DNA of 64,000 nt, from IMG/VR virus record IMGVR_UViG_3300027906_000002, positions 1 to 64,000 of that record. One strand, 5' to 3'. The notes below the pieces were generated by a model. That model saw only the letters and a list, made by a program, of their open reading frames with translations. It was not told the origin of the DNA and searched no databases. The DNA comes from a virus. Within the stretch, counting starts at the first letter, position 1. Each line of letters opens with the position of its first letter. Positions 1-7,716 of the stretch are shown here, one piece after another. The position numbers and the translations under genes are program-made.

Positions 1-1
1 C

Positions 2-1087
2 TTAAAGGAGAGAGCAGAGACAGGTCGTATATACTTGATGAACATTGACCATTGTAATAGTCACAGTTCATTTAAAGATAAGGTTAGCATGAGTAACCTT
101 TGTCAGGAGATTACTCTACCTACAGATCCGATTCAACATATTGATGGGTCTGGTGAGATTGCATTGTGTATACTATCTGCTATTAACATAGGTAAGATTA
201 ATAAGATTGAAGAGTTGGATGAGTTGTGTGAGTTAGCAGTAAGAGGATTGGATGCACTGATAGATTATCAGCAGTATCCTGTAAAGGCAGCAGAACAATC
301 TACAAAGAACCGTAGGTCACTTGGGGTAGGTTATATTGGTTTGGCACACTTCTTAGCTAAGAATGGTGTCAAGTATGACTCACAAGAGGCATGGGATTTA
401 GTTCATTCAATGACAGAGAGATTCCAGTATGCTCTATTGACTGCATCTAATAGGTTATCAATGGAGAAAGGACCATGCGGTTACTTTGGTAAGACAAAGT
501 ATGCTGATGGAATTCTACCCATCGATACATACAAGAAGGACGTAGATGAGATTGTACCGAATGATCTATCATGTGACTGGGAGTTTCTTAGGGGGCGCAT
601 ATCCGAGTATGGGTTACGGAACAGCACACTGTCCGCACAGATGCCTTCGGAGAGCAGCTCCGTTGTGTCAAACGCAACCAATGGAATCGAGCCACCTAGA
701 GACTACTTGTCCATTAAAAAATCAAAGAAGGGGCCTCTTAAGCAGGTTGTACCATCATATACTACACTAAAGAATAACTACACATTGTTATGGGACATGC
801 CAAACAATGATGGATACATTAAAGTAGCTGCAGTGATGCAGAAGTTCTTTGATCAAGCCATTAGTGGTAACTGGTCTTATAACCCAGAGAATTATCCAGA
901 CAATGAAGTACCTGTGTCAGTGATGGCAAAGGACTTACTAACAACCTACAAGTATGGTTGGAAGACATCTTATTACCAGAATACATATGATGCTAAGAAG
1001 GATGTTGATGAAGAAGTTGATGTTGATAAACTTATCAATGAAATCTTAACTACTGAGGAGGAGGTCTGTGACAGCTGTGCAGTCTAA
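2..1087 (+). CDS. nrdA: Ribonucleotide reductase class Ia alpha subunit, 5'-truncated by the window edge
   Basis: Frame open from base 2; NLCQEI, SAQMPSESSS..SNATNGIEP and WKTSYY motifs; C-terminal CDSC. Confidence 0.97.
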   Translation, partial: LKERAETGRIYLMNIDHCNSHSSFKDKVSMSNLCQEITLPTDPIQHIDGSGEIALCILSAINIGKINKIEELDELCELAVRGLDALIDYQQYPVKAAEQSTKNRRSLGVGYIGLAHFLAKNGVKYDSQEAWDLVHSMTERFQYALLTASNRLSMEKGPCGYFGKTKYADGILPIDTYKKDVDEIVPNDLSCDWEFLRGRISEYGLRNSTLSAQMPSESSSVVSNATNGIEPPRDYLSIKKSKKGPLKQVVPSYTTLKNNYTLLWDMPNNDGYIKVAAVMQKFFDQAISGNWSYNPENYPDNEVPVSVMAKDLLTTYKYGWKTSYYQNTYDAKKDVDEEVDVDKLINEILTTEEEVCDSCAV

Positions 1088-2234
1088 AGAAATAAGTGGT
1101 ATGACAGTTTTCAATAAGAAGGCTGTTGATACTACAAAACAATACATGTTTTTCGGAGCACCCCTGAGTGTTCAACGTTATGATCAATACAGATTCCCAA
1201 CCTTTGATCGGTTAACTCAACAACAGTTAGGGTATTTCTGGAGACCTGAAGAGGTATCACTTCAGAAAGATAGAGCAGACTATGCACAGCTTAATGAAAC
1301 ACAACGACATATATTTACCAGCAACCTTAAGTATCAGATCATGCTGGACTCCGTACAAGGTCGTGCTCCTGGTATGGCTTTCACTCCTTACTGTTCTCTA
1401 CCTGAGTTAGAAGCATGTATGCAAGTGTGGCAGTTTATGGAGATGATCCATAGTAGATCATACACATACATCATTAAGAATGTATACTCAAATCCTTCAG
1501 AATTATTTGATACCATTTTAACTGATGATAATATACTATCAAGAGCAGAGTCTGTTACCAAATCATATGATGAGTTTATAAATTATGCACAGGATTATGG
1601 TCAGAGTAATGCTTGGAAAGATGATATGAGGACTCATATTAATTCAGAATGGACAAGAAAAGATTTAAAAAGATATCTTTATAAAGCAGTTGCTAACGTT
1701 AATATACTAGAGGGTATTAGATTCTATGTGAGTTTTGCTTGCTCCTTTGCATTTGGTGAGAACAAACTCATGGAAGGATCAGCAAAGATCTTATCACTCA
1801 TTGCGAGAGATGAATCACAACACCTAGTATTAACACAACAGATATTAAAGAACTGGTCTGAAGGTAAAGATGATCCAGACATGCAAGAGATAGCAGAGGA
1901 AGAGAAGGAAACCGTAACAGAAATGTTTAGAGCTACTGTTAATGAAGAGAAGGCATGGGCAGATTATCTTTTCAAAGATGGTTCTATGATAGGATTGAAT
2001 GAAAGATTATTACATAATTATGTTGAGTGGATTGCTAACAGGAGGATGAAGGCAATAGGTTTACAACCTATATACGATCAACCCCTTAGAAATAATCCAC
2101 TACCTTGGACTGAGCACTGGCTTAACTCTAAGGGTCAGCAAAATGCACCACAAGAAACGGAGATTGAAAGTTATGTCGTTGGAGGAATCAAACAAGATGT
2201 CAAAGGAGACTCCTTCGCAGGATTCTCCCTCTGA
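1068..2234 (+). CDS. nrdB: Ribonucleotide reductase class Ia beta subunit
   Basis: FWRPEEVSL, EMIHSRSY, LEGIRFY and RDESQH di-iron motifs; follows nrdA. Confidence 0.97.
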   Translation: MTAVQSKEISGMTVFNKKAVDTTKQYMFFGAPLSVQRYDQYRFPTFDRLTQQQLGYFWRPEEVSLQKDRADYAQLNETQRHIFTSNLKYQIMLDSVQGRAPGMAFTPYCSLPELEACMQVWQFMEMIHSRSYTYIIKNVYSNPSELFDTILTDDNILSRAESVTKSYDEFINYAQDYGQSNAWKDDMRTHINSEWTRKDLKRYLYKAVANVNILEGIRFYVSFACSFAFGENKLMEGSAKILSLIARDESQHLVLTQQILKNWSEGKDDPDMQEIAEEEKETVTEMFRATVNEEKAWADYLFKDGSMIGLNERLLHNYVEWIANRRMKAIGLQPIYDQPLRNNPLPWTEHWLNSKGQQNAPQETEIESYVVGGIKQDVKGDSFAGFSL

Positions 2235-2421
2235 TCCAGAGTGGAAGTTAGAAGATTTACAGAAGGCAATCATTGATAGTGCTGAGATGTATGATGAACT
2301 GTTAGATAAGGCAGGTCAGCATGAGTTACCACCAAACACAGCAGAAGCAATGTGGGAGATGGAACGCAACCTATGGTCACAAAGACAGAATCGGGATGAG
2401 GTTGACGAATCATCCTATTGA
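2197..2421 (+). CDS. Hypothetical protein
   Basis: ATG 2197 with GGAGGA at 2181; overlaps the nrdB 3' end. Confidence 0.6.
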   Translation: MSKETPSQDSPSDPEWKLEDLQKAIIDSAEMYDELLDKAGQHELPPNTAEAMWEMERNLWSQRQNRDEVDESSY

Positions 2422-2463
2422 TGCTATTGTATCAATACGAACCAGTTTGTAATGGTTCTCTGA

Positions 2464-2471
2464 CATAAATA
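2464..2471 (+). promoter_or_regulatory. T4-type late promoter (CATAAATA)
   Basis: Near match to the gp55 consensus TATAAATA in an intergenic position. Confidence 0.55.
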
Positions 2472-2481
2472 GTCAGGTAAG

Positions 2482-2495
2482 GTATCAACAGATAC
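2482..2495. promoter_or_regulatory. NtcA-like box GTA-N8-TAC
   Basis: GTAtcaacagaTAC inside the palindrome AAGGTATC-aaca-GATACCTT. Confidence 0.5.
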
Positions 2496-2500
2496 CTTTT

Positions 2501-2541
2501 CGTTCATCCCAGAAGGGACGCAAGTAAGCCGACTCGGAACG
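2501..2541 (+). ncRNA. Glutamine-riboswitch-like aptamer 1 (glnA-motif-like)
   Basis: P1 CGTTC/GAACG, P2 TCCC-agaa-GGGA, core GCAAGTAAG resembling the glnA GGAAGUAAG junction. Confidence 0.65.
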
Positions 2542-2547
2542 GATCAT

Positions 2548-2724
2548 CGTTCATCCTCATGGAATTCATTCTCATTACTCTCTTCACATGTTCAGATGCT
2601 ACGGACTTGATATCCAAAGTAACTGATCGCAGTGCAGGTGAGTTCAAGTCCGAAATCATTCAAACGATTAAGGACAGTACTGAGAAAGGATGTTTTGAGG
2701 ACGCAAAAGCCGACTGAAGGAACG
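2548..2724 (+). ncRNA. Glutamine-riboswitch-like aptamer 2 with a very long P2 loop
   Basis: P1 CGTTC 2548/GAACG 2720, P2 TCCTCA/TGAGGA, 3' core CGCAAAAGCCGACTGAAGGAACG. Confidence 0.55.
2559..2717 (+). CDS. 52-aa small protein nested in aptamer 2 (MEFILITLFTCSDA...CFEDAKAD)
   Basis: Manual translation; hydrophobic N-terminus, two Cys; below the ORF-track cutoff. Confidence 0.55.
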   Translation: MEFILITLFTCSDATDLISKVTDRSAGEFKSEIIQTIKDSTEKGCFEDAKAD

Positions 2725-2757
2725 GTCTAATCAACCTAATCCTACAGGAGAAAACAC

Positions 2758-2901
2758 ATGGCAAAAGTCACTTACCGAGGGGTCGAGTACGACCCTGCAG
2801 AGTACAATAAGAAGGTACTCTACGAGGCAAGTCAGCATCGCAATCACGAACTAATGTATCGTGGTATTAAAGTTCAACGCAAGTTCGCAACTCAGAGCTG
2901 A
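2758..2901 (+). CDS. DUF4278-like 47-aa peptide
   Basis: MAKVTYRGVEY...LMYRGIKV with two YRG motifs; SD AGGAG at 2746. Confidence 0.75.
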   Translation: MAKVTYRGVEYDPAEYNKKVLYEASQHRNHELMYRGIKVQRKFATQS

Positions 2902-2922
2902 CACACGTCACGATTTGTATAT

Positions 2923-2953
2923 AAAGACACCTTATTGACAGGTGTCTTTTTTT
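2923..2953 (+). terminator. Intrinsic terminator
   Basis: AAAGACACC-N9-GGTGTCTTT followed by a T run. Confidence 0.8.
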
Positions 2954-2989
2954 GTGTAATAATAAATACTGGAAATTGTAACGAGAGTC

Positions 2990-3649
2990 ATGAAGATTTT
3001 TCTGGACTGCTCTGATGTTGACCTAATAAAACAGTCGTATGCGAGTGGGTTAATCGATGGAGTAACAACTAACCCCAGTCTTATGTTGAAGAATGGTCAA
3101 GATCCATTGAAGGTTCTTAAGGAGATAACTTCTATCTTCCCTTGGGATGCTTCGATATCAGCAGAGGTAGTCGGGGATACAGTGGAGGACATGCTAGCCA
3201 TGGCTGATACTTACTTGGAGATAGCACCCAACATTACTATTAAAGTACCTTGCACACGCACAGGTCTTAGGGCATGTAAAGATCTATCAGAGGATGAGGT
3301 GGCAGTTAACGTAACACTTATATTCTCTGCTGCTCAAGCAATACTTGCTGCTAAAGCAGGTGCAACATACGTTTCACCATTCATAGGTCGTTTGAACGAT
3401 CAATATTGGGATGGTATATCATTAGTCGAGGAAATTTCAGATGTATTCACAACGCATGGTTCTAAAACTCAAGTACTCGCTGCTTCAATTAGAGAACCAA
3501 TTCAAGTCGCAAAGTGTTTTCGAGTGGGGGCTGATATCTGTACTCTGCCTTGGGATATATTTAATAAAATGTATGACCACTGCTTAACTGATGCAGGTAT
3601 GCAGAAGTTTGATTCAGATTGGATCCAACTACAGGATAAACTGAAGTGA
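2990..3649 (+). CDS. talC: Transaldolase (TalC/Fsa type)
   Basis: IDGVTTNPSL, IKVP, VNVTLIFS, YVSPFIGRL, AASIR motifs. Confidence 0.96.
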   Translation: MKIFLDCSDVDLIKQSYASGLIDGVTTNPSLMLKNGQDPLKVLKEITSIFPWDASISAEVVGDTVEDMLAMADTYLEIAPNITIKVPCTRTGLRACKDLSEDEVAVNVTLIFSAAQAILAAKAGATYVSPFIGRLNDQYWDGISLVEEISDVFTTHGSKTQVLAASIREPIQVAKCFRVGADICTLPWDIFNKMYDHCLTDAGMQKFDSDWIQLQDKLK

Positions 3650-3807
3650 ATGGCCGAATGAATAAGGTAACAATGGTAGCCCAGATCATGAAGATGAAAA
3701 CTGGGCTAGAAAATGGGTGGTATCCTGAATGGGATGAACGCCAGAGAGGAGCAGCACAAAGGATACTGCTCAATGTATTAGAACACTTAGACGAGTACCA
3801 CTCTTAG
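3646..3807 (+). CDS. Small hypothetical protein
   Basis: GTGA overlap with the talC stop; manual translation MNGRMNKVTM...LDEYHS. Confidence 0.55.
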   Translation: MNGRMNKVTMVAQIMKMKTGLENGWYPEWDERQRGAAQRILLNVLEHLDEYHS

Positions 3808-3815
3808 GGGGGTGT

Positions 3816-3977
3816 ATGCAAAGACAAAATCTTAAAGTATTAGTTGCTGATTTGGAACGAGCAATAGCAGAGATAAAAGCAGAGGTTTATTCAGACACTT
3901 CTGCTTATGATATACATAGGGGTGATGATATAAAATCATACGCCCAAGTAAATGATGAAGACGGAGAGTGCGACTAA
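3816..3977 (+). CDS. Small hypothetical protein
   Basis: Manual translation MQRQNLKVLVADLERAIAEIKAEVYSD...; 53 aa. Confidence 0.6.
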   Translation: MQRQNLKVLVADLERAIAEIKAEVYSDTSAYDIHRGDDIKSYAQVNDEDGECD

Positions 3978-4431
3978 TGAAAAAGATACAGAAACTTCTG
4001 AGGGAAGTTATGAGAACCCCTGGACCTATAAGGGTTCAACTTTTACTTCTAACGACATTAACGGTTTCTTCGGTTTCGTCTACAGGATTACTAATTTACA
4101 ATCGGGTAAGCAATACATCGGCAGGAAATACTTCACACAGCGTCGTAAACCTAGAGGTGGTAAGAGAAGGGTTACGTCTGAGAGTGACTGGAAAAAATAC
4201 TATGGAAGCTCTGAAGAACTTAAAGGAGATAGAAAGTTACTTGGGAACGACCTATTCAAGAGAGAAATCATATCCCTCCACACCACCCTTGGCAAAGTAA
4301 ACTACGAAGAGACTAGACAGTTGTTCCTAAATAATGTACTTACTGAGAGTACTGACGATGGACAACCAGCATATTACAACAGCAATATACTGGGTAGGTA
4401 CATGCGTAAGGATTATTTTACAAGGGATTGA
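3952..4431 (+). CDS. GIY-YIG-like endonuclease
   Basis: GFVY-x9-YIGRK motif; start codon uncertain. Confidence 0.7.
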   Translation: MMKTESATNEKDTETSEGSYENPWTYKGSTFTSNDINGFFGFVYRITNLQSGKQYIGRKYFTQRRKPRGGKRRVTSESDWKKYYGSSEELKGDRKLLGNDLFKREIISLHTTLGKVNYEETRQLFLNNVLTESTDDGQPAYYNSNILGRYMRKDYFTRD

Positions 4432-4457
4432 CAATGAACTCTGATCCTTGCTATACT
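4428..4457 (+). promoter_or_regulatory. Sigma70-type promoter
   Basis: TTGACA-N18-TATACT. Confidence 0.55.
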
Positions 4458-4551
4458 GAGAACGACTTCTATGACTTTGAACAGTCTATGGAAGAGATGT
4501 ATATGGATTTATTAATTGATCAATTACATGACATGGCAGAGGAATCATTAG

Positions 4552-5088
4552 ATGTTTTGCATACCGTTTGAGCACTATGAACCTATACCTAATCACGATC
4601 TAGCTAAGGAACATCTCTTAGAGTTGTTTAGTTTATGTGGTGAGGATAGGAATGGTGTTAGGGGTGACTTCTTTATTAATGATGAAAGGAAATCCCTTCC
4701 TGCTTATCATGTTACACTGATGAATTACTTAAAGGATTATCTTCAAGACCTACAAAATCAAATGGGGTTTGAAGTGAAGATTAATTCTATGTGGTATCAA
4801 CAAACTGTTAAAGGACAGTATCATGAGTTGCATAATCATGGTGCTATTGGTCTCTCATGTGTTTGGTATCTAGAGTATGATCCATCAGTTCATCAAGGAA
4901 CTACTTTCTATTGTCCCTTTGCTGATCCTATTACAGGAGATCTATTACAAGAGACACCTGAAGTAAGAGAAGGAGATCTAGTTGTCTTCCCATCCTACTT
5001 ACTACACGAACAGAAACCAAATAAAAGTGACGTAAGAAGGACTGTAGTATCATTTAACATTGACGGTAATTTAAATTATGGAAAGTAA
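4552..5088 (+). CDS. 2OG-Fe(II) oxygenase (cyanophage TIGR02466-like)
   Basis: SMWY..HELHNH and GDLVVFPSYLLHE..R.VVSFN motifs. Confidence 0.8.
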   Translation: MFCIPFEHYEPIPNHDLAKEHLLELFSLCGEDRNGVRGDFFINDERKSLPAYHVTLMNYLKDYLQDLQNQMGFEVKINSMWYQQTVKGQYHELHNHGAIGLSCVWYLEYDPSVHQGTTFYCPFADPITGDLLQETPEVREGDLVVFPSYLLHEQKPNKSDVRRTVVSFNIDGNLNYGK

Positions 5089-5692
5089 ATTTTATTTAAT
5101 GTTCGCAACACCACCTTTATTTGTTGCACAATATGAGGGTACGGTAGATTCTTTTTTAAGTGAAGCATATAATATACCTTATAGAGATTCGTTTGGTAAT
5201 AAGGTATCCACTGACACATATGTTTTAAAACGTCCAGGATTTAATAAGTTAGAGAAGTTTTTTCTTGAACATGTTAATAGTTACACTCGTCAGGTGTTAG
5301 GTAGTGAAGAGGAGATAGGTATTCAGCAGTCATGGGTTAATATAACTCAAGGGCAACAGAATCATCCAAAACATTATCATTCAAATAGTTATTTGAGTGG
5401 TGTCTTTTATCTTAATACAGTAAAGGATACTCCTATAGTATTTGATTCACCACATACACATAACTGGCCAATCAGACCAGAACCAAAGGAGTATCTAACA
5501 GTTGGTGGTAATGAGTTTACTAATGATAGTTATAGTTACCAGGCTAGTGCAGGTGATCTAGTATTATTCCCTAGTAGTATACCTCATTGGGTTCCAATTA
5601 ATAAGACTGATGAAAATAGAATTAGTCTTTCCTTTAATACATTTCCTAAGATACCTTTCGGTGGTATTGATAACAGTACTCGCTTGACGTAA
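5078..5692 (+). CDS. 2OG-Fe(II) oxygenase (TIGR02466-like)
   Basis: SWVN..HPKHYHSNSYLSGVFY and GDLVLFPSSIPHWV..RISLSFN motifs. Confidence 0.85.
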   Translation: MESKFYLMFATPPLFVAQYEGTVDSFLSEAYNIPYRDSFGNKVSTDTYVLKRPGFNKLEKFFLEHVNSYTRQVLGSEEEIGIQQSWVNITQGQQNHPKHYHSNSYLSGVFYLNTVKDTPIVFDSPHTHNWPIRPEPKEYLTVGGNEFTNDSYSYQASAGDLVLFPSSIPHWVPINKTDENRISLSFNTFPKIPFGGIDNSTRLT

Positions 5693-5712
5693 TCGAATCT
5701 ATCATATATAAT
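5684..5712 (+). promoter_or_regulatory. Sigma70-type promoter
   Basis: TTGACG-N17-TATAAT. Confidence 0.65.
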
Positions 5713-5734
5713 AATCATAACTATAGTTTTAAAT

Positions 5735-6274
5735 ATGTCATGCAATTTAGATAAAACATGGAACGAGGCTGAAAAGGCACTGAGAGCCATGTTTGAAGCT
5801 GGATTTTATCATGAAGGTGAGATCCCTGAACGTTATCAAATAGATTTTAGAGATCATATTACTGACATCTATCACATGTATGAGAATGTGAAGAGGATTA
5901 ATAAATCTAGGAAGGATCAGTGGGTTGATGCTGAGGGTAATCCAGCACCTGCAACTACTTCTTCTAAGTGTTCTGATGTACATCAAGATACCGTCTTCGT
6001 AACTGGTGCTGATGATGGTGTGATCACATTACCTGACGGATGCTACGATCCAGATGGTAACATATCAATTGACACAGGCAACATTACATTAGGTGATGCT
6101 ATTGCTAGTGTTCCTGATGCTATATCATGGAACAATGAAGTGTTTACTTCACCTGAGATAACTTTTGGTACTGATACACAGGCAGCACCACCTCAAGCAT
6201 CACAGTCAGGAGAGCTACCACCTATAGATCCTGAGAAGAATGCTGAGGATCTTAACAACAGAGACGGAGACTAA
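5735..6274 (+). CDS. Hypothetical protein with acidic C-terminal half
   Basis: 179-aa ORF downstream of a promoter. Confidence 0.7.
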   Translation: MSCNLDKTWNEAEKALRAMFEAGFYHEGEIPERYQIDFRDHITDIYHMYENVKRINKSRKDQWVDAEGNPAPATTSSKCSDVHQDTVFVTGADDGVITLPDGCYDPDGNISIDTGNITLGDAIASVPDAISWNNEVFTSPEITFGTDTQAAPPQASQSGELPPIDPEKNAEDLNNRDGD

Positions 6275-6348
6275 GGAATCCGTCTTTGCCAATAGACGTT
6301 AAACTAGATGGTCTTACGTGCAAAAGCAATGATAAGGCAATCTTATAA

Positions 6349-6377
6349 GAGTCATCAGAAATGGTGACTCTTTTTTT
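6349..6377 (+). terminator. Intrinsic terminator
   Basis: GAGTCATC-agaaat-GGTGACTC followed by T7. Confidence 0.8.
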
Positions 6378-6403
6378 GTTCGGATATCTAGGTAATTATA
6401 CCT

Positions 6404-6432
6404 TTGACACCCCTTAACATTTACTATATAAT
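6404..6432 (+). promoter_or_regulatory. Sigma70-type promoter of the hli cluster
   Basis: TTGACA-N17-TATAAT. Confidence 0.8.
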
Positions 6433-6459
6433 TATGTAACGTTTCTTAACAAAACAGAA

Positions 6460-6669
6460 ATGACTTCAACAACTGCCAAAAGGTATACAACTACCGAGTA
6501 CGGCAAGCAAAATATGTTCGCAGCAGAACCTCCTATGGAGTACGTTGAGAACTATGAAGGTTACTGGAAGAACGCTGAAAGAACTAATGGTCGCCTAGCG
6601 ATGATTGGTTTGTTCGCAGCAATCCATAACTATGCCATCTTCGGATGGGTAATTCCAGGCATTGCTTAG
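6460..6669 (+). CDS. hli: High-light inducible protein
   Basis: AERTNGRLAMIG chlorophyll-binding motif plus one TM helix. Confidence 0.92.
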   Translation: MTSTTAKRYTTTEYGKQNMFAAEPPMEYVENYEGYWKNAERTNGRLAMIGLFAAIHNYAIFGWVIPGIA

Positions 6670-6718
6670 TCGAAGCAAGGTCTCTTTAAATTCTATCCCT
6701 ATTACAAATCTAAGAACA

Positions 6719-6826
6719 ATGACTCCAGAAGCAGAAAAGTTTAACGGTTGGATGGCTATGATTGGTTTCGTAGCAGCAACAGGTGCATACATCACCACAG
6801 GTCAAATCATTCCAGGTATATTCTAA
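6719..6826 (+). CDS. hli: High-light inducible protein, 35 aa
   Basis: Manual translation MTPEAEKFNGWMAMIGFVAATGAYITTGQIIPGIF. Confidence 0.92.
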   Translation: MTPEAEKFNGWMAMIGFVAATGAYITTGQIIPGIF

Positions 6827-6922
6827 ATGGCAGACCTAATCATCAGAGCAAACGGAAGGTTCACAATGGTAGCCTTCTGGATTGGCGTAGCGGTTTATAC
6901 TAAGGTCACATACTTTAGTTAA
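6827..6922 (+). CDS. Degenerate HLIP-like peptide, 31 aa
   Basis: MADLIIRANGRFTMVAFWIGVAVYTKVTYFS; NGR retained, conserved Glu absent. Confidence 0.55.
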   Translation: MADLIIRANGRFTMVAFWIGVAVYTKVTYFS

Positions 6923-6976
6923 AACTTAACAAAACTAAATAGTTACTCGTAATTTATTTCAATACGGACATAATCC

Positions 6977-7162
6977 ATGACAGATCTAGTAGCAGATTCA
7001 TTTCCAGCTTGGAAAGCAATCCTTTGGATGTTCTATCCAATGACTGTTCTTGTCATGGTTGAGTTGTTTCTTCGTGCAGTTGACGATGACGACGACGATG
7101 AGGGTGGTAAGGGTATACGAGTGACCCAACCTCAATTGCAGACTGTCCCTGCAGGTGCTTGA
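6977..7162 (+). CDS. Small membrane protein with poly-Asp stretch
   Basis: One TM helix followed by DDDDDDEGG. Confidence 0.65.
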   Translation: MTDLVADSFPAWKAILWMFYPMTVLVMVELFLRAVDDDDDDEGGKGIRVTQPQLQTVPAGA

Positions 7163-7187
7163 CTAAGAGTAGAAATACATATATAAT
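7159..7187 (+). promoter_or_regulatory. Sigma70-type promoter
   Basis: TTGACT-N17-TATAAT. Confidence 0.65.
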
Positions 7188-7210
7188 ACTGTAAGTATTT
7201 CTACTCAGTC

Positions 7211-7285
7211 ATGCAAGTAATTCTTTTTATTTCAATTGTAGCAACATACGTGTTTACTAATGTCTCTCAATTCGCTTTTGCATAG
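7211..7285 (+). CDS. 24-aa hydrophobic peptide
   Basis: MQVILFISIVATYVFTNVSQFAFA, directly after the promoter. Confidence 0.45.
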   Translation: MQVILFISIVATYVFTNVSQFAFA

Positions 7286-7357
7286 CCCTTATAGAGAACT
7301 CTATGAGTTTGGATTCTTTGTTTGCATCGGTATAACAGCAGGATCTATGGGGTTAAT

Positions 7358-7498
7358 ATGAAACAGGAATGTTTAAAAATTTTAGGAAGGTTTGGTTACT
7401 CTGGTAAGAGTGCAGAAGAATGTGCTGAAGAGTGGTCAAGTAAATTCAATGTAACATTTGGTCTTGTAAAATACTACGAGACTTATTTTAATAAATAA
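7358..7498 (+). CDS. Small hypothetical protein
   Basis: Manual translation MKQECLKILGRFGY...YETYFNK. Confidence 0.5.
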   Translation: MKQECLKILGRFGYSGKSAEECAEEWSSKFNVTFGLVKYYETYFNK

Positions 7499-7518
7499 CT
7501 GAAGATTGGTTTAAGATT

Positions 7519-7713
7519 ATGAGTGCAGACACAGGAAACGCTATCAACTGGGTAGCAACTCGCAAGGTAGATGGCGAGATTGAATATTTAATATCCAATG
7601 CACCAACATGGGGTGCAGACAAAAGATTTGCAAAGGTATTTGATACCAAATCAGAAGCAAGAAAATATTTAAAAGGATGTAACGAGAAGGGAACTATAAG
7701 AAAGGCGACCTAG
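7519..7713 (+). CDS. Hypothetical protein
   Basis: ORF track, 64 aa. Confidence 0.6.
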   Translation: MSADTGNAINWVATRKVDGEIEYLISNAPTWGADKRFAKVFDTKSEARKYLKGCNEKGTIRKAT

Positions 7714-7716
7714 TAT

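Noticed and set aside
2636-2655. GTTCAAGTCC resembles a tRNA T-loop
   Set aside because: The flanks do not form a T-stem and there is no cloverleaf. No tRNA gene was recognised anywhere in the window.
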